Part shown: piece after piece, positions 14,005 to 27,007 of the stretch
Numbering within the stretch: the stretch's first letter is position 1
Layout: every line of letters starts with the position of its first letter
DNA from: Lama guanicoe
Lineage: Eukaryota
NCBI GenBank assembly: GCA_013239625.1
Contig: MU053934.1
Location: 4,296,399 to 4,360,398 of the forward strand
DNA: 64,000 nt
Direction of reading: 5' to 3'
The notes under the pieces: model-generated
Database searches by the model: none
What the model saw: only the letters and a program-made list of their open reading frames with translations
Told to the model about the DNA's origin: nothing
Translations under genes and position numbers: made by a program

Positions 14005-17000
14005 ACATTAGCTTCGGAATGTGACAATTTATTTGGGGGGCAAAAGAGGCTTTTCACGCCCCCTTCCTGGCATTGATACAATATTGAAGAGCAGCAGAAC
14101 AAAACGTACAAGACGAGAGTAATCAGCACAGACCCCCCACCCCCGGCCCAGAAACAACCAAATCCAGAACAGAACCAAAACCCACACCCGACAACACAAG
14201 CTGTCTTCGCCACCCACAGCCTCTGGGAGCCAGGCAGGTGGACCAGAACCCGGCCCCACCCTGGGGTGGCATCTCCGTTTCTGGACTCCTGCTTATCCTA
14301 CTAGTTTCCTGTCTTGAACCACTGGAGGCAAAGTTTAGCCAGCTGGGAGCTGGATGGTTGAACCACAGACAAAGGCAACAACACTTCATTTTTAAAATGA
14401 GAGAGAGAAAAAAAGAGACAGCGCCCCTCCCCAAATATAGAGCTATATATGTATATTTTATATATATAGAATTCATTCGTGCACAATTCATTAAATGAGC
14501 TTTTAAAAAATTAAAAAAATTATAAGATACATTTCTTTAGGCCTTTGTGTTTTTAAATTAAAACCAACAACAAGAAGTCTCCATCTCTACTCTGCCCAAC
14601 AGCAGGGGCAGGCCCCAGAACCCCTGGTTCCCTCTAGCTTGGCCTCTTGCAAGGGGTCTCTTGTTAGACCACCAACTCCCCTTGGCTTAGCCGAAGCTCT
14701 GCATACAGTAGGCGCTCACTCACTGTTGGAGTAGGATGCTGAGTCCTTCAAGGCGGGGAGAGGGAGGCCTGGGAGGCAGGGTCCTCAGTCCCCACCCAGC
14801 CTGTCCCCCTATTCTGGCATCTCGTGGACTGTCAGGAAGATGGGGTCAGGCTGGGAAGACCCTCTCCTGGAGCTTTCGCTCCTGATTCTGGGCTTTCTGA
14901 ATCTGAGAGGAGATGCAGACAGAGAAAACAACGAAAACCTTTAAACGCTTTCCTTTTTTTTTTCTTTTTTCAAAAGTGATTCCTTAAACCATACAAGCCC
15001 CCAAGAGGCTGCCTTGGGCTAGTGCATGGGAGCCCGAAAGTGGGAGTGACCAGGCGGGCTCCACTGTCCTGCGTGGGCCAAGTGCAAAAACAAAACAAAA
15101 CAAAACAAAACACACCGGAAAAACCAACATAAATCCCCAAAGGTAGGAAAGACGGTGTGTCCACTTGGGTCCCCCCAGAGGCTAGAAAGGCTGGTGGCAG
15201 CCCAGCTCCCCGAGCTAACGGTTTCCTCCACTGGGCTGACCGCTTGCCCAGAGCCACCTGGCTCAGGGGTATGCCCCAGGCTTTGCAGGGGCTTCTGCCC
15301 CCACCCCCCAAGAGGTTTTCCTCCAAAGGCCAGAGCAGCTGGGCTCTTCACTCCAGGGAAGCGGTTTGGCCTCTCAGAGCCCGTTTCTTGGTCTTTTAAG
15401 TAGGGTGACCCCTCCCACTCTGCCTGCCTCACACTGAGGTTGGGGACTTGATCATCACCTATTTTTGGAGCAGAGAGGGCTCAGCCCATTCTGACCATGA
15501 CCATTTTGCAGGGTGAGAATGAAAGGGGGCTGTGGGAGGTTGGAGGCCCCAGTGCCAGCAACCTCACCACCACCTAATCTTCAGCAGCTGCCTGGACACA
15601 AGCAGCGCTCTATGAAAAGGCCTTGACGCCCAATACACCCATTTCACAGAAGGGCAAACTGAAGATCCGAGAGGGGAACGAGACCAGAAGGGGTCCCAAC
15701 TTCCCATCTCAAGCTAGAGACACCAGACCTCATCTGTTTCCTATGACGTGGGGGTGGGGAGAGGGTGGCACTAAGGGGGGATGACCTCAACCAATATTCA
15801 ACATGGGGAAAGATTAGGCTTTGAGGGGATATTTCACATATAAAAATAAAGCAAACCAGACTGCAACTTCTGCTTGGTAATTAGGCAAACGGAAAAGCAG
15901 CAATGGGGGAGGAAGGGCCCATGGGAGGCTGATCTGTGCAAGAGTTGGGGGGTGGGGGCTGTGGGACCCCGTTCAGAGCCACCCTGGGAGAGAGGTAAGG
16001 CGGGCTCCGCTTGCTCTTGACCTGGTGCCCACTCAGGCCCCCCAGGGGAGCTGCCCACCTGGGAGTCAAGGGCAGCGACCCGCCTGTGGAAACAGAACGT
16101 GTGGGCACTCCCTCTCCCTGCGGTTACCCCCAGCCCCCTATGATCACCACCGAAGATTCTCCCAGAGTCCACAGCCCTGTCTTCCTGAAGCCTGCATCCC
16201 CCACCTGGCTAGGGAAGCTCAGGGGTGTCATGGTCTTCGGGGTGATGGGGAGATTCCCTCATGGGGTGGCCGTGGAGGGACCAGATGGCCCAATAGGCTG
16301 GCAAAGGGCAAGGAACCCAACTGCACCTGCTCACCAGCCTTCCTGCAGAAAGTCACCAATGATGGGTCCCAGCTACAGTAGGACTCCTGTGGACCCCAAC
16401 CTCCCCAAATCTCAGCGCTGTCTGCCCAGCTCCTGCAGCTTCTGGCAAGTTCCCTTGGGATGAGGGGTCATCCTTGCCTTTGAGCGAAAACAGATGTGGA
16501 ATCTGGGCCCAGCAAGGAAGGAGGGCAGCTGCCTTCACCCCTGGGCCCTCCCAGCTGGGCCTGGGCCTCTAGCCACGTCCTAACAACATTGCCGCCTCAC
16601 CTGTGCAATCACTGCGTTACTAGTTTTTCTTTAAATATCTTTCTCCCCACCCCCCCAAACCCATAGGAATCCCACAATATTTTTTTCTATTTCTTTTTTC
16701 TTTTTTTCCTCTTTTTTTGTTTTTTCTGTTTTTTGCAAAACTAACTCTTTCACTTTCCTGTCATAAAATCACCTCTGAAAACACAACTTCTTTACAAAAA
16801 GGTCACGAATGACATGGACTCTCAGGAAAACACATTTCTATGGTCTCTGGAAACACCTGTAACTGGCACCCAGGTGGATGCTCACCTGGGGTAGGGGTCG
16901 GGGGGAAATCACCTCTAAGGACAGAGGAGAAATACCAGCCCTTATTTGGGGGAAAGCCAATTGGCACTTGGACGGCCACAGAGCCAACACAAAGGGCAGG

Positions 17001-18675
17001 GTGGGGAGGGGTCCAGGAGTGCCAGCCCCCCAAACCCTGTGAGGGCCCTTGTCCTCCATCCTAGGGTGGGGAGGGACGGGGCCTTGCCGTGGCCCCTGGC
17101 AGAGAGATTCAGAAGAAAGAGTTCTCCCATGCTTAGGACCAAGGCGTTTGTTACCGAATTGAATTCCCTTTCTGCCCCCTCCTTTTGCCATCAGCGTTCT
17201 GAGCTGAGACACCAGGAAGCCAGCTCCAGCAAAGACCTGCCACTCATGCCAAACTGAGCCCGGGCAGAGTCCCAGGGCTGGCTGGCAGGGCTGCCTCCCC
17301 TGTGCACCAGGCCCCTGGTCCCACACACAGTTGCCCTCCTGAAGGACACAGGCCCCGTCTTCCGTCCCCCTTTTGGCCTGCCTACCCTTCCAGTGCCCAG
17401 CCTAAAACTGGGGCTTTGGTCTCTGCCACTGCCATGGACACCTCAGCTACCTGGCAGCAGTGGGAAAGAGAAGCTGCCCGGGGCACGAGGCCTCCCTCTG
17501 CTTCGAGCAGGCCGGGCTGTGAGAAAGCCTTGGCGGTCAGAAGCAAGAGACAGGGGGCTGGAGAAACCAGAGACCCACTGAACGATGTCCAGGCTCCCTC
17601 CTCCCCCCCTAACACCCAGGAAGAAGGTGAAGCTTGTGATGGGGGTCTCCCCTCTGCCTTAGGCCCCACCATGCCGCATTTGTAGCCAAGACCTGACAGG
17701 GTGGGCTGACCACCCCACAGGGGAAGGGCATGGGGCACGCACCCCCTGCACACACGGCCCAGGAGGGTCAGCGTCCACAGCAAACTCCTCCGACCTGGGC
17801 CAGGTCCCAGGCCTCGCCGATGGCAAAGGAAGGTCCAGGCCTTCAATTTGACGACCCTATCCTAAAGAACCCTAAAGGGCGCAGCCTGGAGAGCCTGGGC
17901 CCAGTGCCCAATGCACACACGGACACACGCAGATGCGCCAAGGGCAGCAGACGCACACGCAGTCGAAAGTCTGCGCACCAGGTTGTGGTAGCACCTTTGG
18001 TCAAGAACTGAAGGGCCTTTAGATGCTGGGAGGCTGCGGCAGGTGAGGTCCATGCCAATTCCTCCGACCTTCCAGAGGGAAAGAGGTGAGTGGGTGGGAC
18101 CCAAGGGGGCCTGATTGGGTCTTGCCCAAAAGTGGGCCCTTGTTGATGTAGGGGAAGGGGCCAAGGCCGGCTTCACCTCAGCCTCTGTCTGGTTTCCCAT
18201 CCCTGCCCCTCCTGCCCAGGCATCTGGAGGAAGGAGAGGGACGGTGCCCATGCTAGAATGGGGTCCTCTAAGGGGCCCCGCAGCTGCCGGGTTAGCACCG
18301 AGAAATCAGATGCTGTGTGCGAGAGCTGGAAGCAAGCTGGGGAGACAGGGTGGGATGTGGAGGGGGCAGCTGAACCCCAGGTTCTGGGGCTCCCCAGGAG
18401 CCACACAGCAGGCCCCACTGTGCATGGGCAGGGAGGGTGCCTAGAGACAAGAAGGAGGACTTCCCAGTGCCCTGGCCCCACCCTAGCCCCAACCCTTTCT
18501 AGGACTGCCCCTCCCATTGGGCTTCAGCCCCCAGCCCCATCCCGGGGTCAACACCGAGCCATTCGAAACAAGCAAAGCACAGGCAGGGTTGTCTGAGTTG
18601 GGGGCAGGGGCGGGAGCAAGAGTATGACTTTGGGCAGGAGGGCCCCCCCAAGCCCCCCTCCTTAGTGGAGCCCCC
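14005..18675 (-). other. CBX6: CBX6 long 3' UTR (about 4.7 kb)
   Basis: Follows the TGA at 18676, is repeat-poor with U-rich blocks, and ends at a canonical AATAAA (minus strand, 14028-14033). The cleavage site is estimated. Confidence 0.7.
14028..14033 (-). terminator. Polyadenylation signal AATAAA of CBX6
   Basis: Plus-strand tttatt at 14028-14033, at the distal end of the repeat-poor UTR. Confidence 0.7.
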
Positions 18676-19680
18676 TCACTTGCTCACCCCACTGCTGCCA
18701 CCCACCGCTGCAGCGCCTGCTACCCCAGCAGCCACCTTCTCGAAATCCTCAGGGTTGCAGAATTCCTTGATAGTAACCGTCAGGAGGTTGCTGGTGACAT
18801 CAGTGACGACCACGTTGGAACAAGGTGACATCTCAGGGCGCCAGTCCCCAGCCTCGGGCTCGGAGGCAGCACCGGCAGGCTCAGGGGCGGCGGGAAGGGC
18901 CTGGCTGGCAGCCACAGTGCCATCGGGAGGCGCCCGCTTACTGGTGGCTGCAGCCTCCGGAGAGATGGACAGGTCAAGTACCTCGGGCTCCCGCCAATCG
19001 GGAGCAGATGGGTTGGTGGTCTCGGGTAGCAGCTTGGGGGGCGCATCATCCGGGTCGGAGGAGGACTGCGGGGCTGGTGAGGGGCAGCCGGAGGAGCTGG
19101 AGCTGCGGGCGTCGAAGGGGGCGCTGGGGGCCGCCAGCAGCAGCCCCGGGCCGGGGGACGCGGAGATGTCGGCCTTGCCGGCTGGCGGGAGCGGCAGAGG
19201 GCCCGGCGGCGGCGGCTTATTGTACAGCGCGAAGGCGCCGAACTTCACGTGGCGGATCTGGGTGCGCAGGATACTCTCGCTGAACTTCTTGCTCTTGCCG
19301 ATGACGCGGTTCCGCGAGGGGACTTTGGGGCGAGCAAGGGCCCCGGCCCCCTGCCCAGCGCCGCCTCCGCCCGCGCCCTTGTCGATCACCTTCAGGTTCA
19401 GGATGATGCGGTTCCGCTTGGGCTCCCGCGGCTTGACCTTGCGATTGATGATACGCACGGTCTCGGAGAAGGGTGAGATGGGCGGGCGCAGGCCGGGGCT
19501 GCCCCCCTGGGGGTCTGGGCGGGGGAGGGGGCGGCGGGACATGCGGTGGCAGCGGCGGATGTCCTTCTTGAGCCGGTGCACGGCAGCGCTGGAATGCAGC
19601 TTGGGCGAGGAGGCGCTGGCGCTCGGCTTGACGGAGAAATGGACATCACTGATGCGGAGGGCCTCTGCCTGGGCCCGCGC
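18676..19680 (-). CDS. CBX6: Chromobox protein homolog 6, exon 5 (1005 nt, C-terminal Pc box)
   Basis: Acceptor cag|GCG, phase 0. Reads [20 protein letters not shown]...[28 protein letters not shown]...[18 protein letters not shown] is the Polycomb C-box. Confidence 0.97.
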   Translation of the reverse strand, partial: ARAQAEALRISDVHFSVKPSASASSPKLHSSAAVHRLKKDIRRCHRMSRRPLPRPDPQGGSPGLRPPISPFSETVRIINRKVKPREPKRNRIILNLKVIDKGAGGGGAGQGAGALARPKVPSRNRVIGKSKKFSESILRTQIRHVKFGAFALYNKPPPPGPLPLPPAGKADISASPGPGLLLAAPSAPFDARSSSSSGCPSPAPQSSSDPDDAPPKLLPETTNPSAPDWREPEVLDLSISPEAAATSKRAPPDGTVAASQALPAAPEPAGAASEPEAGDWRPEMSPCSNVVVTDVTSNLLTVTIKEFCNPEDFEKVAAGVAGAAAVGGSSGVSK

Positions 19681-22199
19681 CTGCGGGACAGAGGGAGGCC
19701 GTGGGTGCGGGCTCGGCTGCCCGCTGACCCCGCACGCACACCCCTGCGCCCGCCAGCCACCCCCAAGTATGGTTTCATGAAGCCATCCTGACAGCACATA
19801 ACAGAAATCAGTAGTGCTCACGACCCCCTCTTAGCGATAAAAGGAAACTGATTCAGGAGTGTAGGGATGGAGGGCAAGTCAGGCTCTCATCCAGGCCCAA
19901 CTCCAAGACAACTAAGTTGGAAGCTTGGCTGTGGGCCCTGGGGGCAGACCAGTGGGGGGCTGCCCTTGCAGACACAGAAGAATGTCAATAACCAGGACGC
20001 TGACCAACCCTACTCCGAGAAAGATCCCAGCCTGGCACTCCATGGACCAATGATTGGTGCCAGAAAGGAGAGGGAGGTCCCTCCCTGCTCCACCCCACGA
20101 ACCTGTTTGCAAATGCCCTGTGCTCTTTCTCTGCCTTTGAACAGGCTGCCCCTCCAGCTCAGACGTGTCTCCTCAGCTCATCATCAGCTCTGGGCAGACC
20201 CTTGGCCCCTCTTCTATGCTCCCAGCCCCTTGCACTTCCCTTCCTAGGTCTGATTCATCAGTCTGCCCAAGGTCTGGCTCAGGGCCTGGGTCTGAGCAAA
20301 TCAGTGCCAACAGATTCCAAAGCCAGCACCTAAAGCCTGGTTGGCATCCACCCCAGTAGACATGGGCTTGGTGGAGATGGACCAAGAGGTGGGATCTGCC
20401 ACTTCATTCTCTGTGCCAGGGTGGCCCGGGGGCAGGATGGCTGAGCAGAAGTCTGTGGGGAGCAAGGGATGCTGTCCCAGGTTCCCGGGCCCAGCTATGC
20501 TAACTCCCAGGTGTGAAATCTGTAAAGTCTCTGGACTCTGCAGCGGCTCACCAGCTGCCTGCTGGAAGATGCAGGGTGTGTGGCAGGGCCCTCAGAGGCC
20601 CCAGGTCCAGGGCAAGAGACTCACAGATCATATAAGCAATCCTCCACGGCCAGTCCTTCCTTCACTAAGAAAGTTCTAATGAGTCACGTGCCAGCTGCCT
20701 GGGGCTGCTAGGAACACACACAGCTTCTACTTCCAGGGGGCTGCACTCCACGGAGAAGACAAGGAACAGGCAATTAGCACAAAGGGTGACTCAGTGCAAC
20801 AGAGGAAGTACGGGGTCTGGAGGAGCACAGACTGGGGGCCCGGGCCCCAGTCTTGGAGGATGAAGCCTAAGTAAGAGAAAACTCTTGTCCTTCCTGAGCT
20901 CAACTATGACCCAGGTGGCTGTGGAGGCCCAGAAGGCCTGCTGAAGGGCCAGTGCTAAGACAAATAGTGGAGGCAGAGAGAGCCCAGCAATAAGAGGATG
21001 GAGTGGCTAAGGGACTGAAAGCAAAGGTTGGACCGAGGTCAGAGGTGGATGACCCGTCTATGTTCTGTACAGACACCCCGGGTCCTGGTGAGGAAGGGAG
21101 ACCGTTAGGCAGTGACTGCCTCTATCCAAGGAGGGAGAAAGCAGTGGCTGAAAGGAGGGCCACATTCCCTAGGTGTCTGTGAGCTCCCCAAAAGTGGGAT
21201 CTGTGGTTTAGGGGTCGCTCTACCTCCCATTCCCACAGTGCTGGACGATTAGCCAGTACCTGGAATGCAGCCTGTACACCTCTCAGACAAGACCACAGCC
21301 CCAGAAGAGGCGTTTGCGGATTTAAGTGCTGAATTAAGTGAGGATGTCATTTAGAATGTGGGAGAGGCACACTTTATTGCCACATGGTCCTCCCAGCCAT
21401 GCTGGGGAAGGGGGGAAGTCTCCTGGGATGGCTTAACAATCCCTCCAGCCACTAGGTGGTGGCACACATGGGCCCAACCTGCCCTGTGCCAGAGCTGCCA
21501 GCTTCTCCTGCTCCGAGGCAGTGGAGCCAGGGGCTGGTTCCCTCACACCCTTTCCCAGACAAAGGCAGGGGAAAGCCAGCCTTTCCTTGGCCGGGCAAGA
21601 AGGGCTTTTTGCAGGTTCATCCCCGTGGGAGCTTGCAGGATTCCCCACTCTTTCTGATCCCCCCAGGGGTTAGCATTTATTCCCTCTGCACACTGAGCCT
21701 GAGCTCTGGGACCTCTGCAATTATGGTCCTGCCAGAGTCCACAGTGATGGGTGGTCCCTGGGGACTGAAGAGTGCAGGTGAGACAAACATCAGATTCAGA
21801 ATGAAACCCCGGCTAGGTGGGCCTCCTGCGACCACCAGGCAGTGTATGTTACCTGCTTAGCACAGTGCCTGGCACACAGCAAGCGCTTGAGAAATAACCT
21901 GGACTTACCTATCCCAGGGGGTGCTTATGAGCAGTAAACTTTTTCTAATTTATAGTTTCTAACTTTTCTACAAAAAACATTTTTTACTTCATAATTTCTA
22001 AATGTTATTTTTTACAAGGGGCTGGTTTACAATTCCTCCTCCTCTCCCCTCCCCAGGTTGAGAATTCTTTGAAGGTGGGACTTGTGTCTGCCTGTAAATT
22101 AAAAATGGGATCCACAGCCAATGCAGCCAACGCATTTATTGCACTGACTGGGTGACAGGCATAACTCTGAGGGGATGGCATGTACTATATGGAGATAAC

Positions 22200-22315
22200 A
22201 TGGGAGGTTAAAGACCTGGACTCTACCACTGGCTCTCTATGACCACAGGCAAGTTATTTAACCTCTCTGGCCTCAGTTTTCCTATGTATAAAATGGGGAT
22301 AACGCAACCTACCAT
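22200..22315 (+). mobile_element. MIR SINE remnant in CBX6 intron 4
   Basis: ggcaagttatttaacctctctggcctcagttttcctatgtataaaatggggataa. Confidence 0.75.
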
Positions 22316-22466
22316 CTGGGCTCCTGTTCTCTTCTGAATAGTTCCCCACAGAAAATAAATGCTCTGAGTGTATAATTTGTTTACTATATACACTGCTTCT
22401 TGGTGACTCACAGAGGTATGGGTTCAGACCAAGCTGAGGTCGGTCCATCACCTCCTTGCAAATATC

Positions 22467-22603
22467 CATTTACTTTTTTTTTAAGCTTTTTTTTGGGGGG
22501 GTAATAAGGTTTGTTTATTTTTGGAAGCAGTACTGGGGATTGAACCCAGCACTTTCTGTATGCTAAGCATACGCTCTACCACTTGTTCTATACCCTCCCC
22601 CTC
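22467..22603 (-). mobile_element. tRNA-derived SINE (camelid-type) with TSD
   Basis: The minus strand reads gggagggtatagaacaagtggtagagcgtatgcttagcat...gggttcaatccccagtac (A and B boxes) followed by an A-rich tail. 13-bp TSD ccttgcaaatatc at 22454-22466 and 22604-22616. Confidence 0.85.
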
Positions 22604-24314
22604 CCTTGCAAATATCTATATCACTCTCATGCTACCTGTTTTTAAAGGTCCAGATCAAGGTCCTTTCATCTGCCTCTCCATCCCCTGCCCTACCAACTCT
22701 GCAGCCTTCAGTTTCCTGCGTATGTGTCCCTCTTGTCCCCTTAGCCTGACGTGTACTCTCTGAAGGACAGGGTTAAGAAAAGGAGACATGATGAAGCCAG
22801 GAAGCTGAGTGGTAGGGGCTCAGGTAAATCACTTCCCCTCTCTGGGCCTTGATTTTCTCATCTGAACACTGGGGACAATACCTCCCACTTCATAGGGTTG
22901 TTAAGAGATTCAAAGGAAAGAATCTACGTGGGGGCTCAACACTGTGTTATAACGGCCCACAGCCAGCTCAGGAATTACAGCTATCCAAAAAAAAAAAAGC
23001 ATTTTGAGTCAAGGCTCGTGGTCATTACCCGCTTCACCGCTAGAGGGCACTCCAGCTGCGCTGAGAGGCTGTCACACGGCCCACTGGCCCTCCAGCTGCT
23101 CTGCCCCATCCCTCCTAAGCATCATCAAGAGTTAAGGTAGCTCCATGGGATCCCCTAAGATGGTGCGCAGGTTGGAGACAAGGGTCACAGAAGTACATAA
23201 TTCTGGAAACCCTTCTTTCTTTCAATTCTGCTTTAAGTCCAAAGCAAACCTTAACACATGCACCATCCTTTTGGGGGATGAGGGGGCTAGAAAGGCCCCT
23301 CCTGCATTGGGCTTTCTGCCTTTTGGACAAACTGGAGACTCTGAGGTTCTGCATTCTGCCCAGTCTCTTCTCTGTAGAGTCCTCCCTGCCCTTCCCATGC
23401 CACAGTCACAGTCACAGGCTCTTGGGGTGGGAAGGAGCCCTGAGACCTCAGGACTAGTGGGACTGGTGGGGAGACTGTAGTTGCCCAGGGAGGCCCACCT
23501 GCAGCCTTGCCTGCCACCTTGGGTCATCTTGCCTTCCCTGTCCCACACACTGTTAGTTCTCACCAAAAAAATAAACACCAAAACACTCTAAGATGGCTTC
23601 CTCTGGAGCTAGGTCTTCCTCCCTTGCCGAGGATAATGTGCTATGCCTTTATTCCCCAACTCCCACCCTCATGAGAACGTCCAGAAGTGGGGGAAACAGG
23701 CTCAAACCCTAAAGCCAGTGGCTTAGCCTGGTGATAAAACTCAAAAGTGAAGTGATTTAAAATCAAATTCATGTTGGATCCCTCTGTCAGGAAGGGACGC
23801 ATGCAGAACAAATCCTAAAAGAAAGAGGACAGTGGGAGCAGGGAGGCAGATACTCGCCTCCCCAATGCCTCTCCCTGCTCTCTGCCATGAGGGAGACCAC
23901 GTTCACTCTTCCCCTGGGTTCCAATTTCAGGCAGAGCCCTACCGGCTCAAAGCTGGGAGAGATGAGGGCTCTCACGTGCAGGATCAACCTCCCTGCCATC
24001 CCCTCAGGTGGGCAGCCCCCACCTGCCTTAGCCACCAGCTTCCTGCTGGCATCCCCAGACACAGGTTTTGTCAGCAAGATCATCCTCCCCCCTCGCCCCC
24101 CCCATTCCCAGGCCCCTCTTGCTGAAGCTGGAGCTGGCCAGGGCCAGCTGCCAGAGGCTCGTCGGGGGCTCACAACCACCCCCTGCCCAGCTGGGGGCCC
24201 CTCTGGAAAGGCCCGCCCGCCTGGGCGCTCGAGGATCTGTCCCTCCCTTGCAGGCCCCGTGTTGCGCCCGGGCTAGGGGCCCGAGAGGGGGCTGCTGGGG
24301 CTGGGCCAGGTTAC

Positions 24315-24381
24315 CTTCAGGAGGAAAGTTTTGGGTTTGGGTCCCCTCTTCTTGGGCCCATACAGCTCACGCTCCCTCTCC
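24315..24381 (-). CDS. CBX6: CBX6 exon 4 (67 nt)
   Basis: cag|G GAG...AAG|gtaa. Encodes (K)[22 protein letters not shown], with the AT-hook-like KRGPKPK. Confidence 0.96.
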
Positions 24382-24523
24382 CTGCGGCCGAGAAAAGCCA
24401 AAGATTAAAAAGAGCCCCTTCCCGGGCCCCACTCCGCGCTGCCCTCCCCGGCTCTCCCACTTCCCCGCGCGGCGCCCCAGCCGAACCTCGGCCCCGCCGC
24501 CCCTGCCAGCTTCCCAAACTCAC

Positions 24524-24589
24524 TTCTGCTCGAAGGCTGCAATGAGCCGCGAGTCCAGGATGTTCTCCTCGGGCTCCCAAGTGCTGTAC
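24524..24589 (-). CDS. CBX6: CBX6 exon 3 (66 nt, chromodomain)
   Basis: cag|G TAC...AA|gtgagt. Encodes YSTWEPEENILDSRLIAAFEQ. Confidence 0.97.
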
Positions 24590-24740
24590 CTGCCGAGTTA
24601 CACATGCACAAAATAAAAAAGAAAACCAGAGAAGCAAAGGCACATGGAAGGGAGCAAATGTGCGCACCCCCCAGGGAAAAAAAAGGCCCCGGTGTCCGCT
24701 GCCTCCCCTTCCCCCTCCTCCTGGACCCCGTGACACTCAC

Positions 24741-24784
24741 TTGATAGCCCACCCTTTCCATTTCACCAGGTACTCGATGCGTCC
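24741..24784 (-). CDS. CBX6: CBX6 exon 2 (44 nt, chromodomain)
   Basis: cag|GGA...AA|gtgagt. Encodes GRIEYLVKWKGWAIK. Confidence 0.97.
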
Positions 24785-24964
24785 CTGAAAAAACAGAGAA
24801 GAAAAAAGGGAGGAGTGGGGGTGGGGAGGATGCGGGGACGCGAGGAAGCGACGGCGCGGGGGTGGTCGAGAGAGCCCGGGTTAGCTGGACCGCTTCGTCC
24901 CAATGGCCCGCGGAATGGGGCACCGGCTGCCTGGCGAGGCGTCCCGCCCCGGGAGGCGGCTCAC

Positions 24965-25033
24965 CTTTCGGATCCGCCGTTTGATGATGGATTCGGCCGC
25001 GAAGACCCGCTCGCCCACTGCAGACAGCTCCAT
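24965..25033 (-). CDS. CBX6: CBX6 exon 1 coding part (69 nt)
   Basis: ATG at 25033, encodes MELSAVGERVFAAESIIKRRIRK, donor gtgagc. The five exons join in frame to 1251 nt (416 aa). Confidence 0.97.
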
Positions 25034-25038
25034 CTTGC

Positions 25039-25059
25039 TCAGCGGCACCCACAGCCCAT
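25039..25059 (-). other. Upstream ORF (MGCGCR*) in the CBX6 5' UTR
   Basis: attATGG GC TGT GGG TGC CGC TGA, ending 5 nt before the CBX6 ATG. Confidence 0.65.
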
Positions 25060-25330
25060 AATACTCCCTGCTCCCGCGGCCGGTGCTGCACCGCTCGCGC
25101 ACGCGCCGCAGCGCACAGGCCCGGCGGGCGGGCGCGCGGCAGGGCGCGCGCTCGCGTTCCAGCTGCGGGCCGTCACGTGACCCTCCGGGCCAGCGCGCCG
25201 TTGCCAGGACCTCCTCCTCCCTCGGGGCGGTTGCTAGGGAAAGTGAGCGCTCGCGGGGCGGGGGCGCGCGCTGGCTCTTAAAGGGGCCTCGCCTGGCACC
25301 CGGAGCCGTGGCCAGGAACCCCGGAGATGC
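25060..25330 (-). promoter_or_regulatory. CBX6 CpG-island promoter
   Basis: CpG-rich. Palindromic E-box GTCACGTGAC at 25172-25181, RFX X-box-like GTTGCTAGGGAAA at 25230-25242, GC boxes at about 25224 and 25255. Confidence 0.8.
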
Positions 25331-27007
25331 TTGGCCTGTGCAAAGCCGGGATGGGCGCAGTGCAATCCTATGGACACTTTCTCGTTCTCCTCCCCAACTT
25401 CTCGACCCCTGAAAGCTGACAGCTTTTCACTCCTTTTAACCTTGCCTTGCAAGTCTTTCCTGGCACCGGGCGGGGAAGGGCAGAAGAGTCTCTGCAGCCG
25501 CTGCTCATCCTCCCAGCAGAAGTTTGCAAACAGTTAAATATGATACAGCAGAAATGCATTTGCTGTTGCCTTGCCAGGCCCTGCGGGAATTTCTTTAAAA
25601 CATTGCCCCCCCCTTTATCCATTATTTATGTATTCGTGGGAGTGTGGTTTTGTAACCAGTTCAGATGAATTAAAACAAAAACTCCACCGCAGGAAAGGAG
25701 CGGGGGCGGTGAATAGGGCCGAGGAAGGCCAGGGTGATCATACGCGTCTGTTTTTCAGCCAGGGTCCTGGGCGGCACCTGCCTTCACCCAGGAGGTCGGG
25801 TGAAGATCGCAGTGAGGACGATGTGGCGGTGGGGGATTGGGTGGGAGAAAGGCCGCGGGGTAACAACGGGCTCCCCACATGCCAGATTGGGCCCGAAGCG
25901 GGTCATCCTTGGGTCATTCGGCAGAAGCCGCGTTGGCGGTCACGTCTGTATGTCTTCTGATTCCCAGGCCCCCTCGCCGCGTCACCCTCCTGCCGCCTAC
26001 AGTTCCTCTAATGGTTCCGCCATTGCTCACCGAGAGACCAGACCCCAGCTTCCTATTTGGGGAGGGCCTGGGAGACCTGAGCTGTCCCGGAATGGACACA
26101 AAGTATCCCTGCCACACAAAACGGTCCATTTCTTTTATTTTGAACTACTTAAACTTAATTTTTTGTTTCACCAACAGTCTTGTTCTTTGTAAATTTTTTT
26201 TAAAGGAAGAAAAAAAAAGCAACTGTCTATAATCTCCATCAAACCATTAACCTCTTCACGGATCTTCTCCCAGCCTCTGCCCTCTGCCTATGTAAACACA
26301 CGTATACATGCTCGTATAGCCTTTGGATTAACATACAGGATTTAAGCGTATATATTTAAATTATTTCTTTTTAGCAAAATGGGATCGTATCATTCAGTGT
26401 CTGGAATCCACTTTTCTCTCTTAAGATAAAGTGGACCTCTTTTGGTGTCATGCAGTACAGATTTCACCATCATTTTAGTGTCTGTGGTGGGGCTGAGACA
26501 GAGGTGGAGAGGAATGGGGATGTGGTGAGGGTCACGGTTTTCTCTTGCTCTCATTACTTATTTATTAGAAAAGAGGATTTTTACATTTCTGTGGTGCAAC
26601 ACCAATTCTTGCGGTTTCAAGTCAACCACGTAAATATTTCCGCTTCTCATTGCTGCATCTTTGCCGATTTGTCCAGTTATTACCTTAGGAGAAATCCTCC
26701 TCCCTCCTTAAAATCAACATGCTCTTGAGAATAGCTTTGTGCCGGGCTGCCCTCCCAGGGGTGGTGGGGGTGGACGGGCAGGTGAGCTGAGTGTGCGTGT
26801 GCGTGCATGTGTGTTTTCACGCTGAGGGACACAGGCAGCTGGACAAAGCAGGAAAATATTAATCCATTTGTTAGTTCATTCAGCAGCTTTTGTGAGCCCT
26901 TTTTAAGGCTTTGCTTTAAACTGTCAGAAACAAAGGTGCCCCAGTCATGAGGGACACTTGGGTGAGGAAGGCATCTGCTATACAGTGTGACTAATGCTGG
27001 AATAAAG

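Noticed and set aside
18665..19780. 371-aa plus-strand ORF
   Set aside because: Antisense shadow of the GC-rich CBX6 exon 5. It has a non-AUG start and no recognisable domain.
19681..19821. N-terminal extension of the 381-aa minus-strand ORF
   Set aside because: Intron 4 sequence upstream of the cag acceptor at 19681-19683.
22520..22603. tRNA gene
   Set aside because: It has an A-rich tail and TSD and lacks an intact cloverleaf, so it is a tRNA-derived SINE.
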